From Methanotrichaceae archaeon (GTDB lineage: Archaea > Halobacteriota > Methanosarcinia > Methanotrichales > Methanotrichaceae), in assembly GCA_963754945.1 (NCBI GenBank), contig CAVWIG010000015.1:48078-112077 (forward strand): a DNA stretch of 64,000 nucleotides. The letters run 5' to 3'. This document shows, in pieces, positions 10,940 through 20,655 of this stretch. A program made the position numbers and the translations under genes. The notes under the pieces are model-generated. The model ran no database searches and was not told where the DNA came from. It saw nothing but the letters and a program-made list of their open reading frames with translations. Position 1 is the stretch's first letter; each line of letters opens with the position of its first letter.

Positions 10940-11876
10940 TATTTTCCATCGATTTCACAAGTGCGTACAATGTTTCATTTGCTGGCACTTTCATGCCATG
11001 CTTTCTGGCCAGGCTGATCACATAGCCGTTTATGGAATCGATCTCTGTCATCCTACCCCTCAGCACGTCTTGTTGCATGCTCGACGTGTTCATGGAGGTT
11101 TTTGAGGCGATCGAGTGAACAAGGTCGAGGACGGTATCTTTATTCGCTATGCACCCCTCCTTGGCAGCAACGCTCACACATTCTTCAACTATCTTTTCGA
11201 CAGTGTCTTCGAGGCATTTCGAAAGTACGATGCCGTTATGTTCCCTTGTCAGGGCGGTTATCGGGTTTATTACTGAATTTACAAAAAGCTTGTTCCACTG
11301 GTGGTTCTTAAAGTCCTTCGCGAATTCTATCTCGAAGCCCTTTTCCTCAAACATCTTCCTCATGAAATGTTTGATTTTCGGTCCTATTCTTTCCTCAAAA
11401 ACAGTCTTTCCTCTTCCTCTGAGCTCGATTGAGCCATCTTCAGGAAAATTGATGCCAATAGAGGTAACGCCTTCGAAAACGTTATGGGAAGTCAGTTTGA
11501 AAACGTCCCTGTTTCCCATTCCATTCATCAAGAGCATAAAATCCGCTTTCTTTAAATTCCCGTTCAGCGCCCCGGACGCCATTATCTCATCCAGAGCTCG
11601 TTGTAGAGAATATGTCTTGACACATACGATCACCTTATCAGGGAAAAAGTTCGAACTACATAGTTCGCCGAGGCTAGTAAAACAATGCCTGTACCTCAGA
11701 GACTTGTGCCCTTCCGGAAAATCGATTCGTAAACCTGCTTTGATTATCTTTTGAATATGGCTTTTTCTGCCCAGAAGGGCCACATTCTCGATTGGGGTGT
11801 CCCCGGCAATATCTGAGAGCAAGTAACCCACAAATGAGCCTATTGCCCCTGCCCCATATATCATTACATTTTTCAT
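10875..11876 (-). CDS. panE: 2-dehydropantoate 2-reductase
   Basis: GAGAIG, VCVKTY, NGMGN, WNKLFVNSVINPITAL, SSMQQDV, TEIDSING. Confidence 0.93.
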   Translation of the reverse strand: MKNVMIYGAGAIGSFVGYLLSDIAGDTPIENVALLGRKSHIQKIIKAGLRIDFPEGHKSLRYRHCFTSLGELCSSNFFPDKVIVCVKTYSLQRALDEIMASGALNGNLKKADFMLLMNGMGNRDVFKLTSHNVFEGVTSIGINFPEDGSIELRGRGKTVFEERIGPKIKHFMRKMFEEKGFEIEFAKDFKNHQWNKLFVNSVINPITALTREHNGIVLSKCLEDTVEKIVEECVSVAAKEGCIANKDTVLDLVHSIASKTSMNTSSMQQDVLRGRMTEIDSINGYVISLARKHGMKVPANETLYALVKSMENTTFQLRKQPPEAPNPCPSYMP

Positions 11877-12009
11877 AAATTCGGGCTTATTGAGCTGTTC
11901 GTTTCAGCAAAGATGGATGCACGAACGATATGAATCTTCTCAATGTAAGATCGGCGTTACAACTCGAAGTTCCAGGCATTCCGTAAGGCTCGAACTCTAA
12001 TATTAATTC

Positions 12010-12501
12010 TTAATCCATGATACGGTCAAGGCAGAACCTCCAGACACATCTTTCAGCGCCTTTGCAGATCTGCTCCTCCAGCTCAAAGCTGATATTCCCG
12101 AACTCCGAGGCCCAGGCCGAGTTCTCCTCTCTGCAGATCAAGCTGCTCACCTTTTCCGAAAGATGCTCTCTGCCTGATTTGACCATGAGTTCATGCCACG
12201 GACACCGCTCGATGAAGAACTTTAGGCTGTCGTTTTCCTTCTCGGCCTCAAACTCGAACCCTTCCAGAGCGAGCCGGGTCTCGATGCTTTCACCTAGCCC
12301 CTTCATTCCTTCATCCAACAGCAGCATGGACTTGAGCATCCTGGCCTGGATCTTGGGCAGGACTTTCCACACCTGGTCGTCGATCTCCAGAGCAGTGTCG
12401 AAACCGCACTTCTCTTCGACCTTCATGAACCACAGTCCGTCTGCTGCGGCGTAGGAGCGGTGAAAGTACGCTGCAATCTGCTTGTCGGTCAGTTCTTTCA
12501 T
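12010..12501 (-). CDS. DUF6125-like protein
   Basis: YAAADGLWFMKVEEKCGFDTALEIDDQVW and CPW...C...CVW pattern. Confidence 0.75.
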   Translation of the reverse strand: MKELTDKQIAAYFHRSYAAADGLWFMKVEEKCGFDTALEIDDQVWKVLPKIQARMLKSMLLLDEGMKGLGESIETRLALEGFEFEAEKENDSLKFFIERCPWHELMVKSGREHLSEKVSSLICREENSAWASEFGNISFELEEQICKGAERCVWRFCLDRIMD

Positions 12502-12516
12502 TTTATCCTTTTCGGC

Positions 12517-14454
12517 TTATGCTTCCTTTTTGTCCTGCCATTTTTTGGCTGAAGCTTCCTTGGCTTTCCTGGAAGTTTTGAGGATCTTCCGGCAGGCTTC
12601 AATGGCATTCTGACACTTGTCTGCCTTCTCCCTGGCCTCGGCCGACCTCGGGTCCTCGACAGATTCAAACTCTCTGTAGGCGTCTGAATAAGCTTTAAAG
12701 GCTTTCTTGTAGGCTTTTACTGACATCTTGCAGTTTTCTGCCTTATCTTCTACGTCCGAAAGAAGGAGGTAAGTGTATCCGATGTCCCTCTGGATTTCTG
12801 CATGTTCAAAGGAAGCTATATCTGCCGAGTAGACCTTCAAGGCGGCTTTGTACGATTCGATGGCCAACTCACAGTTCTCTTTGAGACTTTCAGTCTCGGC
12901 GAGGGTTACGTAGGTATAGCCCAGGTTCTTGAGGGCGTCTGCATAATCATGGCTGTTCTTCTCGTAGATCTCCATAGATCTCTGGCAGGCAACAATAGCC
13001 TTCCGGCAGTTTTCGGATTTATCCTCTACCTCGGCTAGAGTGGTAAAAGCCGTCCAGAGGAGGTTCTGAATCTCAGCGTACTCCGCCGGTTGATCTGTAG
13101 GCGTGTAGACCTTCAGGGCTTCGTCGCAAGCAGCAATGGCCTTATTGCAATCCCATGTCTTGTCCTCGGGGGTGTCCTCCACGTTTGCCAGCATGCTGTA
13201 GGTTATGGCTAGATCCTTCTGGCAAGACGCGTACTGTTCCGGACAGGCTGCTGCGTAGACCTTGAGCCGCTCCTGGCATGCATCCAGGGCCAGGATGCAG
13301 TTCTCCGCACGATACTCCGAGTCGGCCATTGTGGAGTGAGCAACCCACAGATACCCTTGAATATCTGCATAATCTTCAGGGAAATCCTCGATGTTGTAGA
13401 CCTTGAGCGCCTCCTTACATGCCTTGACGGCTTCCCGGCAGTTATCGAATTTCTGGTCTGATTCGGCGAGGACTAAGTAGGCATTTGCCAAGTTGCCCTC
13501 CGTCAAAGCATACTGAATAGGGAACTTCTCGAGGGAATAGACCTCAAGGGCTTTCCTGTAAGCATCAACAGCTCGCTGGCAGTTCTCAAATCCCTCTTCT
13601 GTCTCAGCCAGAGTCAGATAAGCGTTTCCCAGGTTATTCTCTGTGGCTGCATAGTCGAACGGCAAGCGTTCTTTTGTCCTAACCCGAAGGGCGTCATCGC
13701 AGGCCTCGATGGCACGCCAGCAGTTTGTCGCTTTCTCCTTCGCTCTTGATAGCGAGGTATATGCTGCAGCCAGATTGTTTTGAACTGAGGCGTATACAAA
13801 TGGCGAGCGGTCAAAGGTGTAGAACTCCAAGGCCCTAACATAGGCACGTATAGCGTTACCACAATTTTCCTCTCTCGACTCAATTTCTACCAGAGCTGCA
13901 TAGGCCATTCCCAGGTTGATCTGCACGTCTGCAAACTTGCCTGGATAGTCTTTAAATGTATAAAATTTGAGGGCTTCCGTGCAGGCTCTTATAGCTAGCC
14001 GACAATTGACTTCATTCTTCTCAGATTCGGCCAGTCTCCTGTAGGCTATTCCAAGGCTGGCCTGTATCTCGGAATAGTCGGTCGAGAAGCTCTCGGGGAG
14101 ATAATAATTTAGAGCTTCCTTGAAGGCAGCAGCCGAAGATCGGCAGTTTTCAGCCTTTTGCTCCGTTTCACCCAGACCGAGGTAGGCTGATCCGATAGCC
14201 CTCTGGACTCTTGCTCTTTGGGCAGGATGGTTCTCTGAGGTAAAGGCCTCCAGGGCCATCTGGTAGGCTGTAATTGCCAGCTTGCAGTTCTTCGCCTTAT
14301 CCTTCTGCTTAGAGATTTCCGAGTAAATGTCTCCGACCTTCCTCTGAATACCGGCTCTCTGGATAGGGTCCATCTCTAAGGCCAATATCCTCTGGTATGT
14401 TCCCAAAGCCTTGTGGCAATCTTCGACGAGATCAACAGCATTCATTCCCGGCAT
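12517..14454 (-). CDS. TPR-repeat protein (all-repeat, 645 aa)
   Basis: About 12-13 repeats of ~47 aa, pattern YAxxQxNLGxAY..LA..E.K.ENC..AI.AY..AL.VY. Confidence 0.9.
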   Translation of the reverse strand: MPGMNAVDLVEDCHKALGTYQRILALEMDPIQRAGIQRKVGDIYSEISKQKDKAKNCKLAITAYQMALEAFTSENHPAQRARVQRAIGSAYLGLGETEQKAENCRSSAAAFKEALNYYLPESFSTDYSEIQASLGIAYRRLAESEKNEVNCRLAIRACTEALKFYTFKDYPGKFADVQINLGMAYAALVEIESREENCGNAIRAYVRALEFYTFDRSPFVYASVQNNLAAAYTSLSRAKEKATNCWRAIEACDDALRVRTKERLPFDYAATENNLGNAYLTLAETEEGFENCQRAVDAYRKALEVYSLEKFPIQYALTEGNLANAYLVLAESDQKFDNCREAVKACKEALKVYNIEDFPEDYADIQGYLWVAHSTMADSEYRAENCILALDACQERLKVYAAACPEQYASCQKDLAITYSMLANVEDTPEDKTWDCNKAIAACDEALKVYTPTDQPAEYAEIQNLLWTAFTTLAEVEDKSENCRKAIVACQRSMEIYEKNSHDYADALKNLGYTYVTLAETESLKENCELAIESYKAALKVYSADIASFEHAEIQRDIGYTYLLLSDVEDKAENCKMSVKAYKKAFKAYSDAYREFESVEDPRSAEAREKADKCQNAIEACRKILKTSRKAKEASAKKWQDKKEA

Positions 14455-14682
14455 CCTTGCTTAGGTATTTCTCCAAGAGTATAAAGATTTAACCTATGTC
14501 ATATATTGATGAATGTATCCACGAAGCCTCTTCATAAAGGCCCTGATCGTTTAAGCCTGGCGGAGGAACGAATGATTCAAATGGACTATCATCCTTCTAG
14601 CCCTCGCCCTGGTATTTACTGGTAAACAATATCTGCTGTTTTAAGGGGGGAAGGTGGCCCGTTCGACGTCTCAGGTACACGA

Positions 14683-15549
14683 TCAGTTCGGTGTGAGTGC
14701 ACCGATCAGATCTGCTGGGGTGATTATTCCCCAAGGAACTCCCGAATCTAAGACTACGAGCTGGCTCGACCCACTCCTTCCCAGAACCTTGACAGCTTCG
14801 AAGATTAGTTCCTTCGAATCTATGGTCAAAAAGTCGTGAGTCATAATATCCCTGACCTTGAGATCGGCCCTGCCGTTCGCTACGGCTCGGGTTATGTCGG
14901 TCATGCTGACAAGACCAAGAGAGCTTTCATCGACCAGCGCCTCTCGGACTCCGTCATGAATCAACGTCATGGCTGCCATTTGAATGGTGACATTAGGATC
15001 AATATGAACAGCCCGCTGCGCTATCTTCTTGACTGGAATTCTCGGCACTGAAATGATCTCTTTAACGTGAAAAATGAGTCGGGACATGGTGTCGTCCCTT
15101 CCTTCGACATCTCCTCGGATGTAAAGCTTGTTCACTGGGGTAGGTCCGATTCGGATTTCGTCTCCGACGTTGAAGTCCTTCACATTGCCCAATATGCGTA
15201 CTGTTCCCCCACACTCGTGGGACGACATTACCTTATTGAAGACAATCTCGCTCACAGTTACCCCATCGACCACAACTCCGTTCTTAACGATGGGAACAAC
15301 AACCACGTCGCCAGCGGTGTCCAGACTGAGGGCTTCGTATGCGGAACCAGTAGCCTTGTATCCACCTTTGGGCCCTGGCACGCCTTCGACTAGGTTCAAT
15401 GCCCTCAGGGATTGCATCTGGTTCCTGACAGTGCCTGGGTTGCGGTCAATGAGACCTGCAATCTCCTCGCCCTTGACAGCTCGATCCTCCTTACGATAAA
15501 TGTTTATTAGGGCGGTCAAGATATCTCTTTGAACAGGAGTTAATTCCAT
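14683..15549 (-). CDS. wHTH + CBS domain putative transcriptional regulator (COG2524-like)
   Basis: N-terminal ELTPVQRDILTALINIY...RNPGTVRNQMQSL...GVPGPKGGY; C-terminal CBS pair. Confidence 0.88.
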   Translation of the reverse strand: MELTPVQRDILTALINIYRKEDRAVKGEEIAGLIDRNPGTVRNQMQSLRALNLVEGVPGPKGGYKATGSAYEALSLDTAGDVVVVPIVKNGVVVDGVTVSEIVFNKVMSSHECGGTVRILGNVKDFNVGDEIRIGPTPVNKLYIRGDVEGRDDTMSRLIFHVKEIISVPRIPVKKIAQRAVHIDPNVTIQMAAMTLIHDGVREALVDESSLGLVSMTDITRAVANGRADLKVRDIMTHDFLTIDSKELIFEAVKVLGRSGSSQLVVLDSGVPWGIITPADLIGALTPN

Positions 15550-15793
15550 TGTTGATCGGCATTAATCATGACTAATGGAATATATAGGTTTGTTGATCTA
15601 CGGTTCAAACCACGATATTAGAATAAAAAATAACACTCGTTGGTCAAGGCATAAAGTTAACTAACCGATGCACTATTAGAGATGCTAAGTTTATGGCCTG
15701 ACCGAACGTCGACGTGAGCACTATACGGAACATGGCCTGCTCACTGGACAACCATGGCCAGAAGTGCACACTCATTCGATAGCTGGAGGATTC

Positions 15794-16231
15794 ATGATGA
15801 AGAGATTCGATAAACTACTCGAGCAGGAAGTCTCAGGCTATAAGGGCAAGCACAGCGAGATCATAATTAAGGCTCCTGCTCTTTACAAGTTGATGACCCG
15901 ATTGCTGGACGATCCAGCCCTTCCAGGTCATCTGTCGCCTCTTGTGATTGCCTCAATAGCTTACTTCATCCTGCCCGAGGACGCCATACCAGAGGAGAAA
16001 TACGGTCCCCTGGGCTTCGTTGATGATATTTTCCTTTGTGCCTTTGTAGCTGACAAGGTACGGAAAGAAGCAGGCACCGATGACATCCTGATAAGGAATT
16101 GGGACGATAAAACACCCGTTGTTCCTCTGATACAGCAGATTCTGGAACACGAGGAAGAACTCATAGGCGACAAGAAGCAAGTCATAATGGACTATATTGG
16201 ATACGAGCAGTTGGGGACAACAGTGGACTGA
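15794..16231 (+). CDS. DUF1232/YkvA family protein
   Basis: IAYFILPEDAIPE..GPLGFVDDI motif; GGAGG RBS before ATG 15794. Confidence 0.85.
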   Translation: MMKRFDKLLEQEVSGYKGKHSEIIIKAPALYKLMTRLLDDPALPGHLSPLVIASIAYFILPEDAIPEEKYGPLGFVDDIFLCAFVADKVRKEAGTDDILIRNWDDKTPVVPLIQQILEHEEELIGDKKQVIMDYIGYEQLGTTVD

Positions 16232-16239
16232 AGTCCAGC

Positions 16240-16560
16240 TTAATGGTGCTGATGTGCATTAGGCTTAGTCGTTCTCACGAGACAGACGGGGGCTCTTCTC
16301 TTTAAGTCCGACGCCAGGGAGAATGCACCAGAGCTGTAAAATCCTCTATTGCCAAAGCGCGCAGCTCCGTGGTCCTTTCGCTTAATGGTCAACTATCAAG
16401 GGCATCGGGTCGCCACAGCATAGTTCGGTCCTGTCTCGAGCCATCGGCTTCGCGACTCGCTTAAGCATAAGCCTCGCGGAGCTTAGGTAGTCGGGCTGGT
16501 CGTCGATTTCTTAAGACTTAAGCGACCAAAACGGCAATCTAGCCCTGGTTCCTTCAAGGC
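16240..16560 (+). ncRNA. Candidate large structured non-coding RNA (~320 nt; ends approximate)
   Basis: No ORF in the track. At least 6 nested stems plus 2 loop-to-distal pairings (see findings). G-U pairs favour the + strand. Confidence 0.7.
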
Positions 16561-16573
16561 GTTACTCTTGGAT

Positions 16574-16927
16574 TCAAACACGTTTAAATTTCTGAAGATG
16601 TCTTTGTACCGCAACCGGCCTCTCAACTCCATACGGAATCCTAGTTTGTTTGCCGCATATCAGACAAGTGGCGATGATGGCACCACGGCACAATCTCACC
16701 CTCCTTTCGGAAGCTGGGAGATAGCTGCCACAGTGCTTGCATAACATCCTTTTCATTTGAGAAGACATCCTTATCCGTATACGAGTGCCGATCATCCTTG
16801 CGATTTGGACGTACCTGTCTGATCTCTCCGGGTGGATGGGCAACTCCTGGGAGGCCAGCTCAAAGAGGATCTCCATGCGCTGTCGGGCAATGTCCCTGGC
16901 CTTGGCCGCATTGTTCTTGCGTCTCAC
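16574..16927 (-). CDS. rnp4: Ribonuclease P protein component 4 (Rpp21)
   Basis: IARQRMEILF, RSDRYV, Zn ribbon CKHC...CLICG..RIPY; probable GTG start at 16927. Confidence 0.92.
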   Translation of the reverse strand: MRRKNNAAKARDIARQRMEILFELASQELPIHPERSDRYVQIARMIGTRIRIRMSSQMKRMLCKHCGSYLPASERRVRLCRGAIIATCLICGKQTRIPYGVERPVAVQRHLQKFKRV

Positions 16928-17007
16928 TTTTAAGACTCGTGAGTAAGGGATATAAAACCTATTGCACCTAAAACCTATTGTAGCCGAAGATCGAAAGTAT
17001 CTCTCAG

Positions 17008-17268
17008 ATGCCGTCCCAAACTGCACCCTTCAGGATGACTCCGGAGATGGAAGATTACATTCGATCCAAGTCAACCGACCTACGAATTTGCACCACCTGC
17101 GAAGGCCCAATGCTATTCTCGGTCAAGATCGCGTCGCCAAAGGCCACAGACTATGTTCAGGAGGTTGGCGAAAGAAAGCTGTACATCTCGGCTGTCCAGG
17201 CCCCCTGTATCAAGGTCATAGATTCTAGAATGCTGCCAAAGTGTGCACTGGTGAATAGGCGCAAATAG
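17008..17268 (+). CDS. Small hypothetical protein with CxxC
   Basis: 86-aa ORF divergent from rpp21, DLRICTTCEGP...LYIS...LPKC. Confidence 0.7.
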   Translation: MPSQTAPFRMTPEMEDYIRSKSTDLRICTTCEGPMLFSVKIASPKATDYVQEVGERKLYISAVQAPCIKVIDSRMLPKCALVNRRK

Positions 17269-17337
17269 TCTAGCTGCTCGTCGGCAGGTGTTCGGTACCC
17301 CTAGTGTACAGTCCCGAACCTCATGCGGATTCGTGGT

Positions 17338-18555
17338 CTAAATTCCCAGATCGTTGATCTCCTCAATGAGGCCGGTGAAAGCCTCAATCTCCCTATCCAG
17401 GACCTGCCGAGTAGTCAGGCATATGCTTCGTTCCGATTCCACGGTGAGATTGTCCGGTCCCCTGAAGATCAACCTGTTCTTGCCGTCGCGCCTCAAGGCG
17501 TTACGAATTTCTTTGTCGTGGGCAAGGACCGACCCAGGGATTATGACCCGTTCCTTCACCTCATCGGTTTCCAGGCCTGCAAAGTCATCCAGGGTGATGA
17601 GGTTGCCGATCTCCTTATTAACGCTCACAACGTTCACGTTGTCTCCCAGCTCTTGAAATATTGAGGACAAAAGCGGATAGGCAACTGAGCTGGTGATGAT
17701 GGTGGCGCTCTTTTCAATTGAAGGAAGCTTCTTAAGCTCCTCCTTGTGGTGAGCAATGGCAAAAGGTGCCCCCGTGTTGGGATCCCAAAGAGGAGTCCCT
17801 GCGATCTTCATATCGCACAACTCATTGATCTCGGTCGCCATTCTCCCGATCTCCTCTACTGTGTGAGGAACTATGCCAGGCATTATAGGACCGTTTCCGA
17901 AGATAAGACCTTGCTCTCTGGTGTTGGCAAAAGTCATCAGGACGAGACCCTTTGCTCCCATATCTTCCAGGTCCCGGCAAGTCCTCTCCAGCTCAGGACC
18001 GTCGTTTACTCCAGGCACGAGAACTGCCATGGCATATACATCGCAGTTCTCGCAGAAGGTCCGGAGGTTGGACTCGAATGCCTCTGGGTGTTTATCGTTC
18101 ACGAATTTGCGGCGGAGTTCGGGGTTCGTGGAGAATACAGAGAAGCTAACCTTTCCGACTCCCGCTTCGATAAGGGCATCGGCCTCGTTTCCTCTGGAAA
18201 AGCCCTTTCCGCTGGTGTACTCCAGGAAGACGGGAATCTCACCGCCACTGATGACTCTTACTAATTTAAGCAGGTCAGGATAGCAGCTCAAATCGCCATT
18301 TCCTTTGATGGTTATCCCATCCGCCCTCGTGCCCGAGGTCTTCTGGGCCACCTCGAAGACGAGCTGATCGAAGGGCTTAAAGCCCGGTTCGATCTCTAGA
18401 ACCATTCTGGAGCAGTAGTCGCATCCTCTCCTTAAAGGGCTACAATGTTTGCATCCAAACGGCTCAACTTTCTCGGCTCCTTTGAAGTAGCAGAAGCTGC
18501 AGAACCCCCCGCAATCGAATCCAGGCCTACCTCCTATGTCAACTGTAACATCCAT
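17338..18555 (-). CDS. mmp10: Mmp10-family (methanogenesis marker 10) cobalamin-dependent radical SAM methyltransferase, divergent
   Basis: DIGGRPGFDCGGFCSFCYFK (CX3CX2C), CKHC..GCDYC iron loop, GDLSCYP, YTSGKG. Confidence 0.88.
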   Translation of the reverse strand: MDVTVDIGGRPGFDCGGFCSFCYFKGAEKVEPFGCKHCSPLRRGCDYCSRMVLEIEPGFKPFDQLVFEVAQKTSGTRADGITIKGNGDLSCYPDLLKLVRVISGGEIPVFLEYTSGKGFSRGNEADALIEAGVGKVSFSVFSTNPELRRKFVNDKHPEAFESNLRTFCENCDVYAMAVLVPGVNDGPELERTCRDLEDMGAKGLVLMTFANTREQGLIFGNGPIMPGIVPHTVEEIGRMATEINELCDMKIAGTPLWDPNTGAPFAIAHHKEELKKLPSIEKSATIITSSVAYPLLSSIFQELGDNVNVVSVNKEIGNLITLDDFAGLETDEVKERVIIPGSVLAHDKEIRNALRRDGKNRLIFRGPDNLTVESERSICLTTRQVLDREIEAFTGLIEEINDLGI

Positions 18556-18829
18556 TGGTTATAGAATGAGTTATAGTACGAGATAAGTGTTACGTATTTA
18601 AAATACTTATCAATAATCCTTGGTATTGTGGCAATAGAGCCACTGCTTAATTTCCAGTTCCTTGCCATCCTGTGCCGGGCTCATCCATTATCTCAGGCAT
18701 CCGTTATCTTCAAAACTTTTGTAGCCAGGCCACGAGATCTCAATTCAGCCAACTATACCACGTCTTTATATGTAAGATAGATATCGAATATATGCAGAGC
18801 GAAATTTGAAAACCTTATGAGGCTATCGA

Positions 18830-19315
18830 ATGAAGATTGTAATCATAATGATTTTACTTCTTGCCTCCTGCCTGGTAGCCTCCGCCGGGCCTGTTGCTGT
18901 TGGCGGCGACTTCGGCAGGACATGGATAAACAATTTCCAGGCTCAGAATCACAAGCCAGTAGAGCAGAACAACTCCACCAACCTCACGAGCTGGGGAGGA
19001 GTGCCCAAAGGCAAAGCATTGGTAAACGGCAACTTGGTGGATCAGCAAAATGCAACAAACCCGCTAAATCCCAGTGCTAGCTGGCTTGGGGATACCACAA
19101 CCTCAGGAAACCCAAGTTCCCAGACGAACGGGACCTTTAACGGATCCTTGCAGGCACCTCAATTCTTCAATAAAGGAACTATCAAGCCCATTCACAATAT
19201 AGATGCCACCTGGAATAAGACACTACAGGAGCCTCAACCGGATGCAAATGGGCTAATACACGGATGGGATGCAGAGACGTACGATGCTATTGGACCGGCA
19301 CTTGATTATCTCTAG
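18830..19315 (+). CDS. Secreted Asn/Thr-rich hypothetical protein
   Basis: Signal peptide MKIVIIMILLLASCLVASA; GGDFGRTWI and SWGGVPKG motifs. Confidence 0.75.
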   Translation: MKIVIIMILLLASCLVASAGPVAVGGDFGRTWINNFQAQNHKPVEQNNSTNLTSWGGVPKGKALVNGNLVDQQNATNPLNPSASWLGDTTTSGNPSSQTNGTFNGSLQAPQFFNKGTIKPIHNIDATWNKTLQEPQPDANGLIHGWDAETYDAIGPALDYL

Positions 19316-19561
19316 GGCGAGATGTAATGTAGTTGAGATAATTGGGATAAATTCAGCGGAGATTGGAGATAAAGTCGCCAGTGTTATTTGCTTTTTAACA
19401 TATCTCAGTTGAGACTAGCGATCGATCCTCAGGTTAAGCTGATTATGGCGAGAATCCCCAGACTCATTAAGAAGCTGAGGTAGACTCACTGGAATTTTAA
19501 TTGCAGGGAAGACGATAACCTGAAGTTAGTATTAAATACTTAGACTTGCTAGATATGAGCA

Positions 19562-20059
19562 ATGATTGATTTCAAGACAAGGCTCGAAGATGCTAGGACC
19601 TTGGCGGATGTCTTCGAGGTGGTCAAAGCAGTGGTGCTGAAAAGCATGAGGAAAAGCAGAGGCGGACTGATGCTGGGCATGGCCGACCTAGGCAACCATC
19701 CGCAGGCATTCTTAGGTGGCTTTTTCACCACGGGTTCCAATGTGATAGTAATGAACAAGAATCCTCTACAAAGGATAAAAGAAACAAAGCCTGAGCTGTA
19801 CAAGCCTTATGCTTTTCATGTTCTGCTTCATGAGTACATCCATTCTCTGGGATACCTCGACGAGAACAAAGTCAAATCGTTTGCTTATCAGATGACCAGG
19901 GATGCTCTAGGTGAAGATCATCTAGCCACGCAAATAGCAGCGAACGCTGAAGTGTTTATGAAACACCTAGTTTACCCGGACCGTGCCTGGAAGCCGGACG
20001 ATGAGGGAATCGAACTGGTCGATAATTTCGATAGATCCAGCGTCTCCTACATCGCTTAA
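19562..20059 (+). CDS. Small zincin-like metalloprotease (HEXXH)
   Basis: VLLHEYIHSLGYLDE motif. Confidence 0.75.
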   Translation: MIDFKTRLEDARTLADVFEVVKAVVLKSMRKSRGGLMLGMADLGNHPQAFLGGFFTTGSNVIVMNKNPLQRIKETKPELYKPYAFHVLLHEYIHSLGYLDENKVKSFAYQMTRDALGEDHLATQIAANAEVFMKHLVYPDRAWKPDDEGIELVDNFDRSSVSYIA

Positions 20060-20214
20060 ACTATGTAGAAGCTTAATGCTAGATAATTGATGCATCTCCC
20101 GCTTCTATAATTTTAAATCCTTAATTGAGTGTGGGTGAGCTTTCAGTCACGCTTGTTGACACATCGCTGGGCGAGCTAGATAAGCAATGGCGCAGACAAA
20201 GAGGATTTCGGGAA

Positions 20215-20655
20215 TTATTTCCCGATCTCCGACGTGCAGTGCGGACAGCGCACGGCTGCCAGAGATATGTTCTCCTTGCAGTAGGGGCACTCCTTCGTAT
20301 TCGGTGCTAGAGGCATCGGTTTGCTCCTCATGGCGTTGACTTTTCTGACGATGAGGAAGACAACGAAAGCGACGATCAGGAAGCTTATGACAGTGTTTAT
20401 GAAGGTTCCATAGTTTATGGTTGGGGCACCCGCTGCCTGTGCCGCGGCCAGAGTATCGTAGTGGACCCTGTTCAAAGAGACGAAAAGGTTTGCAAAGTCC
20501 ACTTTTCCCAGAACGAGGCCGATTGGTGGCATAACTACGTCCTTTACGAGGGAATTGACCACACTGCCGAAAGCTGCACCAATAATGATGCCGATCGCCA
20601 TGTCCAGGACATTGCCTTTCATGGCGAACTCCTTAAACTCGCCTACGAACCCCAT
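20215..20655 (-). CDS. mscL: Large-conductance mechanosensitive channel with C-terminal Zn ribbon
   Basis: [25 protein letters not shown]...[16 protein letters not shown]; CPYC..CPHC. Confidence 0.95.
   Translation of the reverse strand: MGFVGEFKEFAMKGNVLDMAIGIIIGAAFGSVVNSLVKDVVMPPIGLVLGKVDFANLFVSLNRVHYDTLAAAQAAGAPTINYGTFINTVISFLIVAFVVFLIVRKVNAMRSKPMPLAPNTKECPYCKENISLAAVRCPHCTSEIGK

Noticed and set aside
16240-16560. RNase P RNA, suggested by the adjacent rpp21 and ACAGACGGGGGCT resembling the 3' P4 strand
   Set aside because: No GAGGAAAGUCC-type 5' motif on either strand, and the P4-like string is at the wrong end. Kept as an unknown ncRNA.
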